A stretch of 64,000 nt of DNA, taken from the NCBI RefSeq assembly GCF_009914755.1, contig NC_060932.1. The stretch is one strand, 5' to 3'. Source of the DNA: the human T2T-CHM13v2.0 reference genome, Homo sapiens. Position 1 is the first letter of the stretch. Each line of letters starts with the position of its first letter. A program made the translations under genes and the position numbers. Shown here in pieces: positions 1-12,839 of this stretch. The notes beneath the pieces were generated by a model. It saw only the letters and a list, made by a program, of their open reading frames with translations. It was not told where the DNA came from and made no database searches.

Positions 1-1444
1 TAATAACTGAACAGAAGAAAAACATGCCTCCTCTTATCAGGCTCTGTGACAAGTTAGATACCTAGAGGAGAGGCACTAACTCTCTGGGCCCCTCCCTCAG
101 TTCATTACTGACATGTGCATGCTGCTGCTGAGAACAAAGTGGGGTCAGCTAATGGGTTTTAGGTTGTGGAGACTTTGTCACTATAAAGTAATGCCTCTAG
201 GTATGTCACCCACTCATTGCTGGCTCTAAATGAATGGTGACAATATTGCTTGCTGCTCCGTGAATACCATAGCTCTTGGATGACTATAGTAGCTCACAGA
301 TCTTCTCTGGCAGGTGAACAGGGTCCCTGAGGAGGTCACCGTCAGGTTTTTCAGACCAGGAGGGAATTGTTTCACTCACTGCCGCATGAATGCTGGAAGG
401 CCCAGTTGGCTCAGTTACTCACAGACCTGTGCTAATGAGCCTGGAGTCAGGTTTTAATACTTGCAGGAATCAATTGGCTTTGCATGGAGAAAAGTCTGCA
501 CCACTGATTTTATGTTTCCATGATCAGAGCCACTGCCGCAGGATCACACCACGGCAGTCTTTTCCGGGTATCAGGTGCTGCTCAAACTGAAGGCAGGGGG
601 ATGGCTGTGGAGGCAAAGCAGGTTTCAGCAGTAGCTGGTTCCAAAAATGACTTGAGGTCTTTATTTATTATTCAGGAATTTATTATGGCTTAATTTATGT
701 TTATTAAGTGAATGAATGAATTTTCTGTTTTCTCCTAAAGATCTTTGTGACCAAGATCTCTGCTTCAGGTAAAATAAAAGAGGGAAATGCCTCAAAATGA
801 AAAAAGCATCATATTCTTCACAGATGCTCAGGCAGGACGGAGAGTAAAACAGGATCTATTTTAAAGGAGTTAGCAATAAAAGAGTCCAAAAACTGTATTT
901 TATAAGCAATCTGATTCTTAGATTTCTTATGTGTCTTCTTCTGGGTTTCTTGTCTTTGTTTGGTTTCGCTATCAGATGATCAAATTCTCCTTAAAGACTT
1001 CACCCTGTTTTACATACCATAAGAGAAACTAAAGAAAGGGAGGCTTGGTTGTGCTTCAATTAAGAGTGTTAAGTTTGGTCTCATTCACTTTTGGGGACCA
1101 GGTTTGGCATGGCCAGTATGAATGGAGAATGACTCCAAGGACAAGCCAGAAATCAGAAACAGAGGGGAAAGCTCTTCTTCCTACTCTCTACCACATGGGT
1201 GATCTATGTCCTCTTTTAAGGAGAAAGAAACACGCAAGGCCAAAGGACAGGAAAGTGTTTGATTGCCGTTTTAGTGAAAGACAACTTAGAGTTTGGGGTT
1301 AACAAGTTCAATTCAGCTCACAATGTGATCTAGCTACTAATATTCTCAGGCTGCATCCAAAAAAATGTAAGATCCCAATTACAAATTACAAAAAGTAATA
1401 GTCTTGCTACTCTCCCTGCTGGTCACCAAACACGGTGGGAGCTT

Positions 1445-1640
1445 AGCCTGGCTCTGCCTTTTATTAACTGCACGTCCTTATACAAGTTACTTTACTTCTT
1501 TCAACTTTACCTTTATTATCTGTAAAATGGGGCTTATGATAATAACTCAAAGGATAATTATGATGATTAAATAAAAAGCAACTGATACACATTTAGCCTA
1601 GTTCATAGCCTGTAGTCACAGCGATAAACGGCAGCTCTTA
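1445..1640 (+). mobile_element. MIR SINE fragment
   Basis: Degenerate MIR core 'ctggctctgcc...caagttacttt...atctgtaaaatgggg...ataata'; ends approximate. Confidence 0.65.
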
Positions 1641-2133
1641 AAACCACTGTTTTGCTGTCAATCTTGTCGGGGCAGCTCAAGGCAGCCTTGTACACTCTGG
1701 CTCTTAATATACAAGTTTGGGCACTTAGGTTGCAAAAAAAAAAAAATCTGCTATATATATATTAGAGATTTTATTTAAAATATGTGGGAGCCCTTAAAAA
1801 CCTAATGGGAAAACTGGAGTCAGGCTCAACACATGAGAACTAACCAGCAACTCTGTTGGTGGAAGAAGCAGGAGCCATTTTGGCAGTCGTGTCCATAAAA
1901 TTTCACCCTTCTCAGTCTCATGGTGACTCTGTTTAAGATCAAAATTCCAACTTGGATTGCACTCCTAGTGTACAGCCATCGGGGAAAAGTAATTCCCCAA
2001 AAGGAAATCTGATAGCATTAAAGAAGGATGGCTAGATAGAAATTCTAATGTTCTGTAAGATACTCTCCTCTTCACATTTAAATAAAATAATTTATCTTAT
2101 AATTGGCACTTACTTCTGTGGGGAACTAGTTAA

Positions 2134-2408
<275 letters not shown>

Positions 2409-2500
2409 AAAAGCACGTTCTTAAACCGCATTTTTTCTAAGTATTTGTGATGGCTTTAAGAAGCCCAGGTAAAGGAATCAGAATCATGTAATTACTATAG

Positions 2501-2519
2501 TGGCCACTAGATGGCAATC
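2501..2519 (+). promoter_or_regulatory. CTCF binding motif
   Basis: 'tggccactagatggcaatc' closely matches the CTCF core TGGCCAC[CT]AG[AG][GT]GGC[AG]; occupancy cannot be seen from sequence. Confidence 0.65.
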
Positions 2520-2794
2520 CCAAAAGTGAGGCATCATTTAAAAAATAAGTCAACAGTAAAATTTCTTAAAGTTTTCAGCACTTTAACATTTATTATCTGA
2601 TTCACTTCACACAGTAGCTTTGTGATCTTGAAATTATTATGCCAAAAGTTTGCGTCTGAGAAAATTGATTCTCAGAGACGTTCACTGACTTGCCCTATCC
2701 CCAGAGTTTAATAATTTGTTTTGTCTACGTTCTTGCTTTTTCTACTAACCCTACTAAATTCTTTATAGTTACAGATCTTCAGACACTCTAAATT

Positions 2795-2950
2795 TTCCAA
2801 GCTTGGAAATTAAGAGGCACTCTTTAAATCATCTAATATATTCTGTTCATTTTCCAGATGAGGAAACAGAGTCCTAGGTAATGTAAGTAATTTGCTCAAG
2901 GTCACACAGTTGATTTGTAGACAAGTCTGGTTTGAACTCTGAATCCTGCC
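2795..2950 (-). mobile_element. MIR SINE fragment
   Basis: 'cattttccagatgaggaaacagagtcc...aagtaatttgctcaaggtcacacag' is the reverse MIR core. Confidence 0.75.
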
Positions 2951-4056
2951 TAGACCAGGAGTCCTTGTAGCAAAATAGACTTATTTCTCATATACTATTG
3001 GACTACAAGTACACTTCCTTACCAAACTTCACTTAATAAGATACTATCTGTAGATTTGAACCAAAGTCTTTAGTAAAACATTTTCTGCTAAACATGGGTT
3101 TACACTTCACAAAAGTTTTCATCCTAAGGATGACCATGAACCCCTTACCCCTCTCCAAGAATAATGAAAACCAGAGCCTGTCTGTGTCAGAATATGTTTA
3201 GCATTGCAGTTCACCTCTTCTGGCTGTAAGATAGCTGTTGTAATGAAGTGTGTGTTTGTGACCTGCCCATTAAATGTTATGCTCTCACAGAGTGAATTAG
3301 GTAGTATGTTGTGTAAGATGACTTAAATAAATAAAAGAAATATCTATGCTGTCAAAGAGGAGGTAAGATCAACAGCATCTATGGAAGATCTACGGTCACC
3401 CCAGGAGCGATAGGCAATATTGTCACCATTCATTATGGAAATGGCCTTGAGATAATGGCCAACCCAGAGGATATTGTTCACATTGATAAAGGGCTCCACC
3501 CCTGCTGTTCTCTTTACCCCCCACCCCACCCCTCTCCAACACATACAAACCCTGAGAATTACAACCCACTCATCTTGGTTTTTTTTTTTCGGTTCAATGC
3601 ATAACGAAACTTTTCAATATTCCTAAGTGCCATTCTTCTATGTGTACTGGTTCTATGTTAAAAGCATTCTTTATAAGCTTATAATATCATGCCACAAAAC
3701 CTTCACCAAAGAAAACATTCAGCAATCATCTGGAAATTTTTTGTTCTTATAAAAGACAGCATGATGTAGTAGAAAGAGCTCATATGCAGAAAAGCTTGGT
3801 GTGTTACTAGCTTGATTACTGATCAATAGAGAGTTTTTGTTTGATTTTGCCTGTTTTTTTTTTGTAATGTCACCTAATTTTTCTGAGGCTCAATGCTCTT
3901 ATGCAGAAAAATGATGTAAGTAACATCTGCCCTACATTGTGGTGGTTGGGACTATTTGTTTGAGAGTAATATGAGCCACCTTGAAGCCGTCTTAAGCAAT
4001 ACTTAGCAAAAATTAAGAGTTTGTTAGGGAAACAGGGATGTATTAAAACCCAACAA

Positions 4057-4694
<638 letters not shown>

Positions 4695-5655
4695 GTTTTA
4701 ATTATAGCTTGAGCCTCTGGATGGTAATGCCTATAGAATGTTAAAGTCAATATTTGAACATCATAAGCACGGTGGGACTTTCTCTTTGAATCTCAGTCTT
4801 ACAGTGATTCTAAATGTCCCTTCTTAGCAACAGGAAGTTATCTTATTTCTTTCACAACAGCAATAGCAACAAAAATGATGCAACTACAGCCAGTTATTCA
4901 AATAGCTCAAAGAAAAGCTACATGATAGTTATTTATTCATTCATCCATTCCATTGTTTATTCAGTGAACCTTTCCATCCAGCACCTACTATGTCCACACA
5001 CTAGCTGGGGTCTACCTATACAAGGTAAAAGTGGCAGATACGGTCACTTGTACCCTATTGCTGGTGATATCCAGTTTGCTTTTTTTTTTTTTCTTAAAGT
5101 CACTACTTGCATGCCCATGGAGGAAAATAGTTGCAAATAGCCAGGGTCAGTGTGTGATTTCTTACAGGGAGCTCTCTGGCCATTTGGTCAATGGATTCTA
5201 AAGTTGTTATGGCTCTACTTCAGCAATAACATCGAGCTACAGAACTAAACTATGTGACTGCATCTTACATGCCTGCCGTCTGGCTCACCCCTGAAAATCT
5301 GGTCTCCAAAGCCTGCTTGCTGGCAAAGGGAACCATGTAGAAAGGATTTTTGGCCTAATTGTGTCTGTTTGTTGCAATGCAATGCCCTTAACCTCCCAAG
5401 GGCTGTGTCCCAGACCCTTGCCTATAAAGCCAACTCCATTTGGCAAGCAATGTCTCTGACAAAGCAGTAAGCTTGGCCCCATTAATGTGCTTGCCTCACA
5501 TTCTATAGTGTTTCACACCACATGCCTCAAATTCTTTGGTTTTCCAGGGCTTAGAGTACTCGGGGTAGCAGAGGGAGTTAAGAGACCTGAACACGCCTGT
5601 CATAAATGAACACACAGCTCCAAAGGGCTTGCAGTAAACATGGACACTATTCTTT

Positions 5656-6117
5656 TTTTTTTTTTTTTAATACTTTAAGTTTTAGGGTACATGTGCACAA
5701 CATGCAGGTTTGTTACATATGTATACATGTGCCATGTTGGTGTGCTGCACCCATTAACTCGTCATTTAGCATTAGGTATATCTCCTAATGCTATCCCTTC
5801 TCCCTCCCCCTACCCCACAACAGGTCCCGGTGTGTGATGTTCCCCTTCCTGTGTTCATGTGTTCTCATTGTTCAATTCCCACCTACGAGTGAGAACATGC
5901 GGTGTTTGGTTTTTTGTCCTTGTGATAGTTTGCTGAGAATGATAGTTTCCAGCTTCATCCATGTCCCTACAAAGGACATGAACTCATCATTTTTTATGGC
6001 TGCATAGTGTTCCATGGCGTATATGTGCCACATTTTCTTAATCGAGTCTATCATTGTTGGACATTTGGGTTGGTTCCAAGTCTTTGCTATTGTGAATAGT
6101 GCCACAATAAACATACG
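5656..6117 (-). mobile_element. 5'-truncated L1PA (about PA4-5) 3' end
   Basis: Poly(T), L1 3'UTR and ORF2 C-terminus (ORF 5872-6114 'MFIVALFTIAKTWNQPKCP...'); perfect 19-bp TSD 'aacatggacactattcttt' at 5637-5655 and 6118-6136. Confidence 0.96.
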
Positions 6118-6459
6118 AACATGGACACTATTCTTTACCAGATATCATTTTCCCTATCTATAAAGTGAGGAGATTGTCTACAACAGTGGCTTCAAAGTTT
6201 GTACTAGCAGCAGAATTATTTGTATCAAAGAAAGCTTATATAACAGTCCAGTGTGATTTGTGGTCCAGTAAAACTTACTATCTATAGTTCCCTAAACATT
6301 GTCATGACTTTTGTGCATGCTAGTTTTTGGCAAGAAATGTCCCCCCATAATAATCCACCTTCTCTTAGAAGCCATTGCTGAATGTCTCCTCTCCCTTTAT
6401 AGTGTTAATCACTTGTTTGCTCATTAATTCATTCAGAAATGTAAATTTAGCTTCTATTG

Positions 6460-6585
6460 TGTTGTATCAGGTACTATGCTAGAAACTAGGAATTCACAGC
6501 TGAATGTCTGAGTTGTAACTTTTGTTGTATCAGGTACTATGCTAGAAACTAGGAATTCACAGCTGAATGTCTGAGTTGTAGCTTT
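6460..6585. repeat. 63-bp tandem duplication (2 copies, 1 mismatch)
   Basis: 6460-6522 and 6523-6585 both read 'tgttgtatcaggtactatgctagaaactaggaattcacagctgaatgtctgagttgta[a/g]cttt'. Confidence 0.97.
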
Positions 6586-6611
6586 GAAAGATTCACAATT
6601 CACTAGGGAGA

Positions 6612-6990
6612 TGTATTAGTTGGGGTCCTGGTAAGAAACAGGTGGCCCACTCCAATGGAAAAGTTGAAGATATTCTGATGATGGGGCTATTTACAAAGGT
6701 GTGGGCAAAGTGTAAGGGAAACCAACAGGGAATGAGAAAGGGCCCAAGATAGGGAGGCTGAGGAAGGCAGCAGAAGGGAATGGAACCCAGAGAGAACCAC
6801 TGCAACATCCCCAGAAGGCCTCCTGCAGAGCTGTGGCTTTGGGAAAGGAAGCCTGAAGCAAGCAGGGGACTGAATCTCCAGCCCTACATTTGCAAATGTC
6901 CAACAGAGCCTCCTACTTGACACATCCTCGAAAAGGCAAGGTAAGCCACTGGCCCTGCCCATGAAAGTCAGCCTCCCAAGACCCAGAAGA
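6612..6990. mobile_element. Old ERVL-class LTR (LTR33-like)
   Basis: 'tgtattagttggggtcc...gaaacaggtggcccactc...ggctatttacaaaggtgtgggca...gggaaaccaacaggga' resembles recalled LTR33; ends approximate. Confidence 0.5.
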
Positions 6991-7149
6991 ATTGTTTCAC
7001 AGATGAAGAAACTAAGGCACCAAGACATCAAGCAGCTGGCCAAGATCACCTAGCTGATCAGTGGCAGGGGAGGAGGAAAACCTAGTTAGCCTAAGATCAG
7101 AGGCCAGTCTTACACTTGAAGCTATGCTCTTGCTATGATAGAGAAAGTA

Positions 7150-7790
7150 AAAGTCTAGTGATGGTACAAAGAAGATGTTGATCAGCTCCACTTGAGTGGG
7201 GCCTGGAAGATATACAGAACTCTGACAGCCATATTAAGGATGGGGCTGAGGTGGACGAGGATTGATAACCTGAAGAACAGGATGTACAAAGACGTGTGAT
7301 TTACAAGGGCATTGTTGAGGGTGAAAGGGATCATTTTGACCAAGCGTAAGGAGGAATTTGAATGTGTGTGGGAAATGAACTGAAGTGGCTAATTGTGTCA
7401 GGTCATGGAACACCTTGAATGCTATTTAAACTGGTTTGGACTTGATTCGGTAGACAAAAGGGAAAATCTTGAATCTTGAAGGTTTTTAAACAGTGAAGTA
7501 ACATAAGGAGATTTGCCTTTTAGAAATATCACTCTCATGGCTGTAGGTGACTGAATAGGAGGCAGGCAAGACAGAGCGTGAGAGATCAGAGGAGTCAGGA
7601 CACTGCTATAACAGCCTAGGAGAAAGATGGTCAGGATGTTACTTAAGGCAGTAGCAGTGAGGAAAGAGAGAAAGGCACAGATTCCAGAGAGATTTAGGAG
7701 AAAGAAACATCAGGGCTTAGTGGTCAGGGGGATGTGAGAGTTGAGGAAAAGGAAGAAGGAGCACAGGACAACTCCCAGGTTTCTGATGCG
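7150..7790 (-). mobile_element. L2 LINE fragment
   Basis: 'gaaggtttttaaacag...agatttgccttttagaaatatcactctcatggctg...gacaactcccaggtttctg' typical of antisense L2. Confidence 0.7.
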
Positions 7791-8929
7791 CAGAATTTCT
7801 ATGCCATTTTGATGCATCCATTTCTATTATTTTACTTCTGGTACAATTATTTTCATAGGGCATCTATTGAATGCCTTCTCTGAGCCAAAATCTATGCTAG
7901 ATGCTGTGGATAGAAAGATGAGTTAGACAGAATGTTTTCCCTAGTTAAGGAGACAGACACATATGTAGACAATTTCAACACAATATAATAAATGTTATCA
8001 TAAAGATATGCACAGGAATCACTTTCTAGTGTAATTATCCATTTACATTGCCTACAGCGTTTCTTATTCATTGCTGGGTCTCAGTGCTATGGCCATTGTC
8101 TCTCATATAGCAGGGGTTAATCAAGCACTGAACTGGCTTGGATCTTTGCAACAGTTTTGTTAAGCTCAGTACTGGTTTCCCAGGAATCTTATAGGGCTTG
8201 TATTTATCAGAGAGCAAGTACTATATCCTAACCCCAAGACTGCATGTATTCCTGACCTGTTCATGTCTATAAAAGTGCCCAGTGAAACACAGTAAGCATT
8301 ACAGGAACATAGCCTATCACCATCAGTGGTTTCAGAGTGCAAAGTCTCCACACTCTTGTCAGAGGAAGTGCTCCATCCAGCCCAAGGCAAAGACCTTCTT
8401 TCTTCTCTCATCCCCTAGAAATACATGGTAAGCTTTCTCAACTTAACCGAAGCATTAGTCAAACCTTCAAGCAATTTTCTCAGCCTGCTCCAGACACAGA
8501 ACAATGGAGTGAAATTTTGTTCTGCACAATGTTGTGTTCCTCATTATAAGTTTCATAATGTGTATTTAGATCTATTAATTTCTGCTGGTTTTTATTTCAG
8601 ACAAAAACTGCATGATATTTATCATCTCCCCTCCCCTGAATCATCTAGTTTTAGCTATCATAATTTTACCTGAGATATCCTAAAACCAAATTGTCCAAAA
8701 TTTGACAAAATATTCATGCACCAAATTCTGGTCTGTGCTGCATTTTATGGGAAGTATAAGGTGTTTCCTGCTTTGCTTAAGAGGTGACACTTAATCAGTG
8801 GTTCATTCTCATTTTTGACTATTGGATTCAACAAAGAGTGTCTGATTCCTTAAGGGCTTGACTGAGACAATTTAGAAAACATAGCAATATACAAACACAC
8901 ATTAAGTCATTGTTGCAATTCAATAAAGC

Positions 8930-9470
8930 TGCATAACCTTGTTTAGGCATTTAGTTGCTTAGAACAGCTGTTTTTTAAGCTCCCAGATTCTGTAGGTCAG
9001 GAATTAGGATTGGGAAGAGTGGAGATAGTTTGGACCTCACATGGAAAGACCCAAAGGCTGGGTTGACCTGATGTCTGGGGGCTTGAGTCATCTGAAAGCT
9101 TGTGCACTCAGTGCCTGGTTCCTGGCCTGGGATGACTCCCACACTAAGACTGCTGACCAGAGCACCTGCACCTAGTGTCTGCAGGTAATTTGACTTTATC
9201 ACAGCACAGCAGCCTCAGAAGAGTTGGATATCCTACATGTAACTCAGGAAATATGAGTGATCCCACAGACACGGCGCAAGATGCATGGCCTCTTATGACC
9301 TTGCCTGGAAAGTCACTTTTCTTCAGCCTTACTCTATTGATTGAAACAACTATATCCCTGCCCAGATTCAAGGAAGGAATTAGACTTCACATCTTCATGA
9401 GGAGTGGCAAGGGCACATTAAAGAAGAATGTATATGCTAAAGGATATCTTTGAAAATTGCAAGTTGGCAC
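8930..9470 (-). mobile_element. Old MaLR LTR (MLT1F/G/H-like)
   Basis: 'ttctgtaggtcaggaatt...ggctggg...atctgaaagctt...gaagtcac...cccagattcaagg' pattern; ends approximate. Confidence 0.55.
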
Positions 9471-10099
9471 AGTTATAATTTAATATAACTGGAATAAAAT
9501 TTTCTTTCCCGATCTCTGTGTTTTAAAAATATTTTCATATTAAATACTACAAGTCACAATGTTCAAGCTCTCAGAGGTCTTATGTAACTGAAAGCATTGG
9601 GATTCTAGAGATGACAGTGTGCTTTATAATTATCTTGAAAAAAAGTTGTATAGTAATAGTAAATGGTTTCAGTTCCAGCTATCTCCAAATGCTGGCTTGA
9701 TGCAGAAATCAAGCATGAAAAAGATCACATTTGCAGCCTCAAAAAGTTGACCTGTCATAGCACTGCTGTAGAGACCTTATTTTTTAAATACCTCCTGATC
9801 TATTTTACTGCTTTTTAAACTTAATATTTTTGTTTTTATGTACGCTTTGTAGCCATCTCATCGTGTTGCCTAAAGGAAACGGAGTGCAAGTGCCACCTGA
9901 GTAGGGACACAGCAGAGAAGCCGTCGCTGTCCAGCAGGAAAGGTGAAAGCCTTTCCAGTGAGAATGAGGAGCTAGAGAGAGGAAGTGGGAATTTGGTCAG
10001 GTGTAATCAGTCCCTAGCCTTGGTGCAGAATCTGCGGGGTGTGTACTGAGAAAGAACCAGAAGGTTTGGGAGAAATCCAGAGCAGAGACGTTTTTATCT

Positions 10100-11242
10100 A
10101 AGAACAAAGCTGGAGGCATCACACTACCTGACTTCAAACTATACTACAAAGCTACAGTAACCAAAACAGCATGGTACTGGTACCAAAACAGAGATATAGA
10201 TCAATGGAACAGAACAGAGACCTCAGAAATAACGCCACATATCTACAACTATCTGATCTTTGACAAACCTGAGAAAAACAAGCAATGGGGAAAGGATTCC
10301 CTATTTAACAAATGGTGCTGGGAAAACTGGCTAGCCATATGTAGAAAGCTGAAACTGGTTCCCTTCCTTACACCTTATACAAAAATCAATTCAAGATGGA
10401 TTAAAGACTTAAACGTTAGACCTAAAACCATAAAAACCCTAGAAGAAAACCTAGGCATTACCATTCAGGACATAGGCACAGGCAAGGACTTGATGTTTAA
10501 AACACAAAAAGCAATGGCAACAGAAGCCAAAATTGACAAATGGGATCTAATTAAACTAAAGAGCTTCTGCACAGCAAAAGAAACTACCATCAGAGTGAAC
10601 AGGCAACCCACAAAATGGGAGAAAATTTTTGCAACCTACTCATCTGACAAAGGGCTGATATCCAGAATCTGCAATGAACTCCAACAAATTTACAAGAAAA
10701 AAACAAACAACCCCATCAAAAAGTGGGCAAAGGACATGAACAGACACTTCTCAAAAGAAGACATTTATGCAGCCAAAAAATACACGAAAAAATGCTCACC
10801 ATCACTGGCCATCAGAGAAATGCAAATCAAAACCACAATGAGATATCATCTCACACCAGTTAGAATGGCAATCATTAAAAAGTCAGGAAACAACAGGTGC
10901 TGGAGAGGATGCGGAGAAACAGGAACACTTTTACACTGTTGGTGGGACTGTCAACTAGTTCAACCATTGTGGAAGTCAGTGTGGCGATTCCTCAGGGATC
11001 TAGAACTAGAAATACCATTTGACCCAGCTGTCCCATTACTGGGTATATACCAAGAGGAATATAAAATATGCTGCTATAAAGACACATGCACACATATGTT
11101 TATTGTGACACCATTCACAATAGCAAAGACTTGGAGCCAACCCAAATGTCCAACAATGATAGACTGGATTAAGAAAATGTGGCACATATATACCATGGAA
11201 TACTATGCAGCCATAAAAAATGTGAGTTCATGTCCTTTGTAG
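10100..11242 (+). pseudogene. L1 ORF2p C-terminal fragment (no promoter, no endonuclease or RT core)
   Basis: Frame reads [20 protein letters not shown]... from 10100 into the listed 250-aa ORF; a 1-nt deletion near 11222 shifts the last codons. Confidence 0.9.
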
Positions 11243-11562
11243 GGACATGGATGAAATTGGAAATCATCATTCTCAGTAAACTGTCGCAAGAACAAAAAAC
11301 CAAACACCGCATATTCTCACTTATAGGTGGGAATTGAACAATGAGAACACATGGACACAGGAAGGGGAACATCACACTCTGGGGACTGTTGTGGGGTGGG
11401 GGAGGGGGGAGGGATAGCATTGGGAGATATACCTAATGCTAGATGACGAGTTAGTGGGTGCAGTGCACCAGCATGTCACATGTATACATATGTAACTAAC
11501 CTGCATGTTGTGCACATGTACCCTAAAACTTAAAGTATAATAATAAAATTAAAAAAAAAAAA
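10100..11562 (+). mobile_element. 5'-truncated young L1 (L1PA2/3-like), ORF2 3' part plus 3'UTR and poly(A)
   Basis: ORF2 peptide with the C-terminal cysteine motif '[18 protein letters not shown]'; 3'UTR 'ctagatgacgagttagtgggtgcag' has GAG, not the Ta-type ACA; TSD core 'gtttttatct' at 10090-10099 and 11564-11573. Confidence 0.97.
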
Positions 11563-11999
11563 GGTTTTTATCTGTATTAGGAATTCCTTTTAGGAGTTCC
11601 TATGTTCAGAGAAAGACAGTGTCATGCAGAAGGAGGTAGATCGGGATGATGAGGAAGGCATCTACTTACTGAGTAAGGCCTCAGGGCACTCACAACCCCT
11701 ACAGGGCCTGCTAAAATGCTAAGCGACCCAGGCCAGGGAAAGATTGGAACTGTGACATGAAAACCACAGATAAAAAGAATTACAGGCTTCAGCCATAGCT
11801 GTGCCTATGATGTTCAAAGGAGTGATCAGTTGGTAACCTGTATGGATACTCATTTGCAGAAACATCACAGGTAGGCATAAGATAGTCCTCCCCACATAGA
11901 ACAAGATGATACTTGACTTTCTACCCTTTCGCAAACACCTGTCCCTTCCCCACTCCAAAATAATTAATCTCCTGGAAAAGGCAAAAGAAGGAGTGGGGT

Positions 12000-12079
12000 A
12001 GAGGCAGGGAATCCAGGACTAACTACACTTAATTTTCTTGAATTAATTAAGTGTAGTTAGTCCTGGATTCCCTGCCTCT
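12000..12079. repeat. Perfect 35-bp inverted repeat with 10-nt spacer
   Basis: 12000-12034 'agaggcagggaatccaggactaactacacttaatt' is the exact reverse complement of 12045-12079. Confidence 0.98.
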
Positions 12080-12348
12080 TATTCTTGAATTAGTATTTAT
12101 CCAACATAAGCTGAATTTAACTTAAAGAGACCAATATACCAAAAGATAGCTAAATATCTTGAGTGAACAAATTTAATTTCCTTATTCCACCACAAAGCAG
12201 AAACTAGGGTGGGGTAGGAGAAGGGAGGTAAAAACAGGATGAGAACCATTTAAAAATAGAGAACATTCTTTTCTTTGTACCTTGGAGTCGTAGTGGATAC
12301 TTGTGATCATGCTACCCAATTACAACACTAAATTTTAATAATCTCTTC

Positions 12349-12839
12349 TGTAGGGGAGGGAAATCTTTTCTCCTCTCCCTTTTAGGTTCATTGGTTGAGG
12401 CCCTGCAAATTAGACTGAGAAAAGGCAGACTAGGAGTAAAACAAACAGAAGTTTATTAACATGTCTATCACTCACACACTTGGGAGTGCTCAGTGATGAG
12501 TAACTCAAAGGGGTGGTTAGAATTTGGGGTTCACAACTTCGTAAGTGAAAAGGAGGGGGAAAGGAGGCACTGAGGAAACACAAATAACTTTTTGGAAAAC
12601 TATGTGGGCCCTGAGGAGAACAGATGGGAGATATGACCGTCTTGTAACAATGTCTGTTAGGTGTCCTCTCCTGTGATAAGAGCCAGTCTTGGTTCTTTTG
12701 GTAGGCTCTGCTTATAGGCAGTAAGGGGAGTTTACAGAAAGCCTCTTTCTAATCTTGCTGAATCTCAAATGTCTTTTGCTCAAAATAATCCTTATGCCAG
12801 AGTAGCGTATTCTGGGGTGGCATTCTCTGAATATCTGCA
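12349..12839 (-). mobile_element. ERV1 solo LTR, MER34/MER39 family
   Basis: TG...CA ends; reverse complement starts 'tgcagatattcagagaatgccaccccagaatacgctactctggcataaggattattttgagc', like MER34; near-TSD cttc/gttc. Confidence 0.78.
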
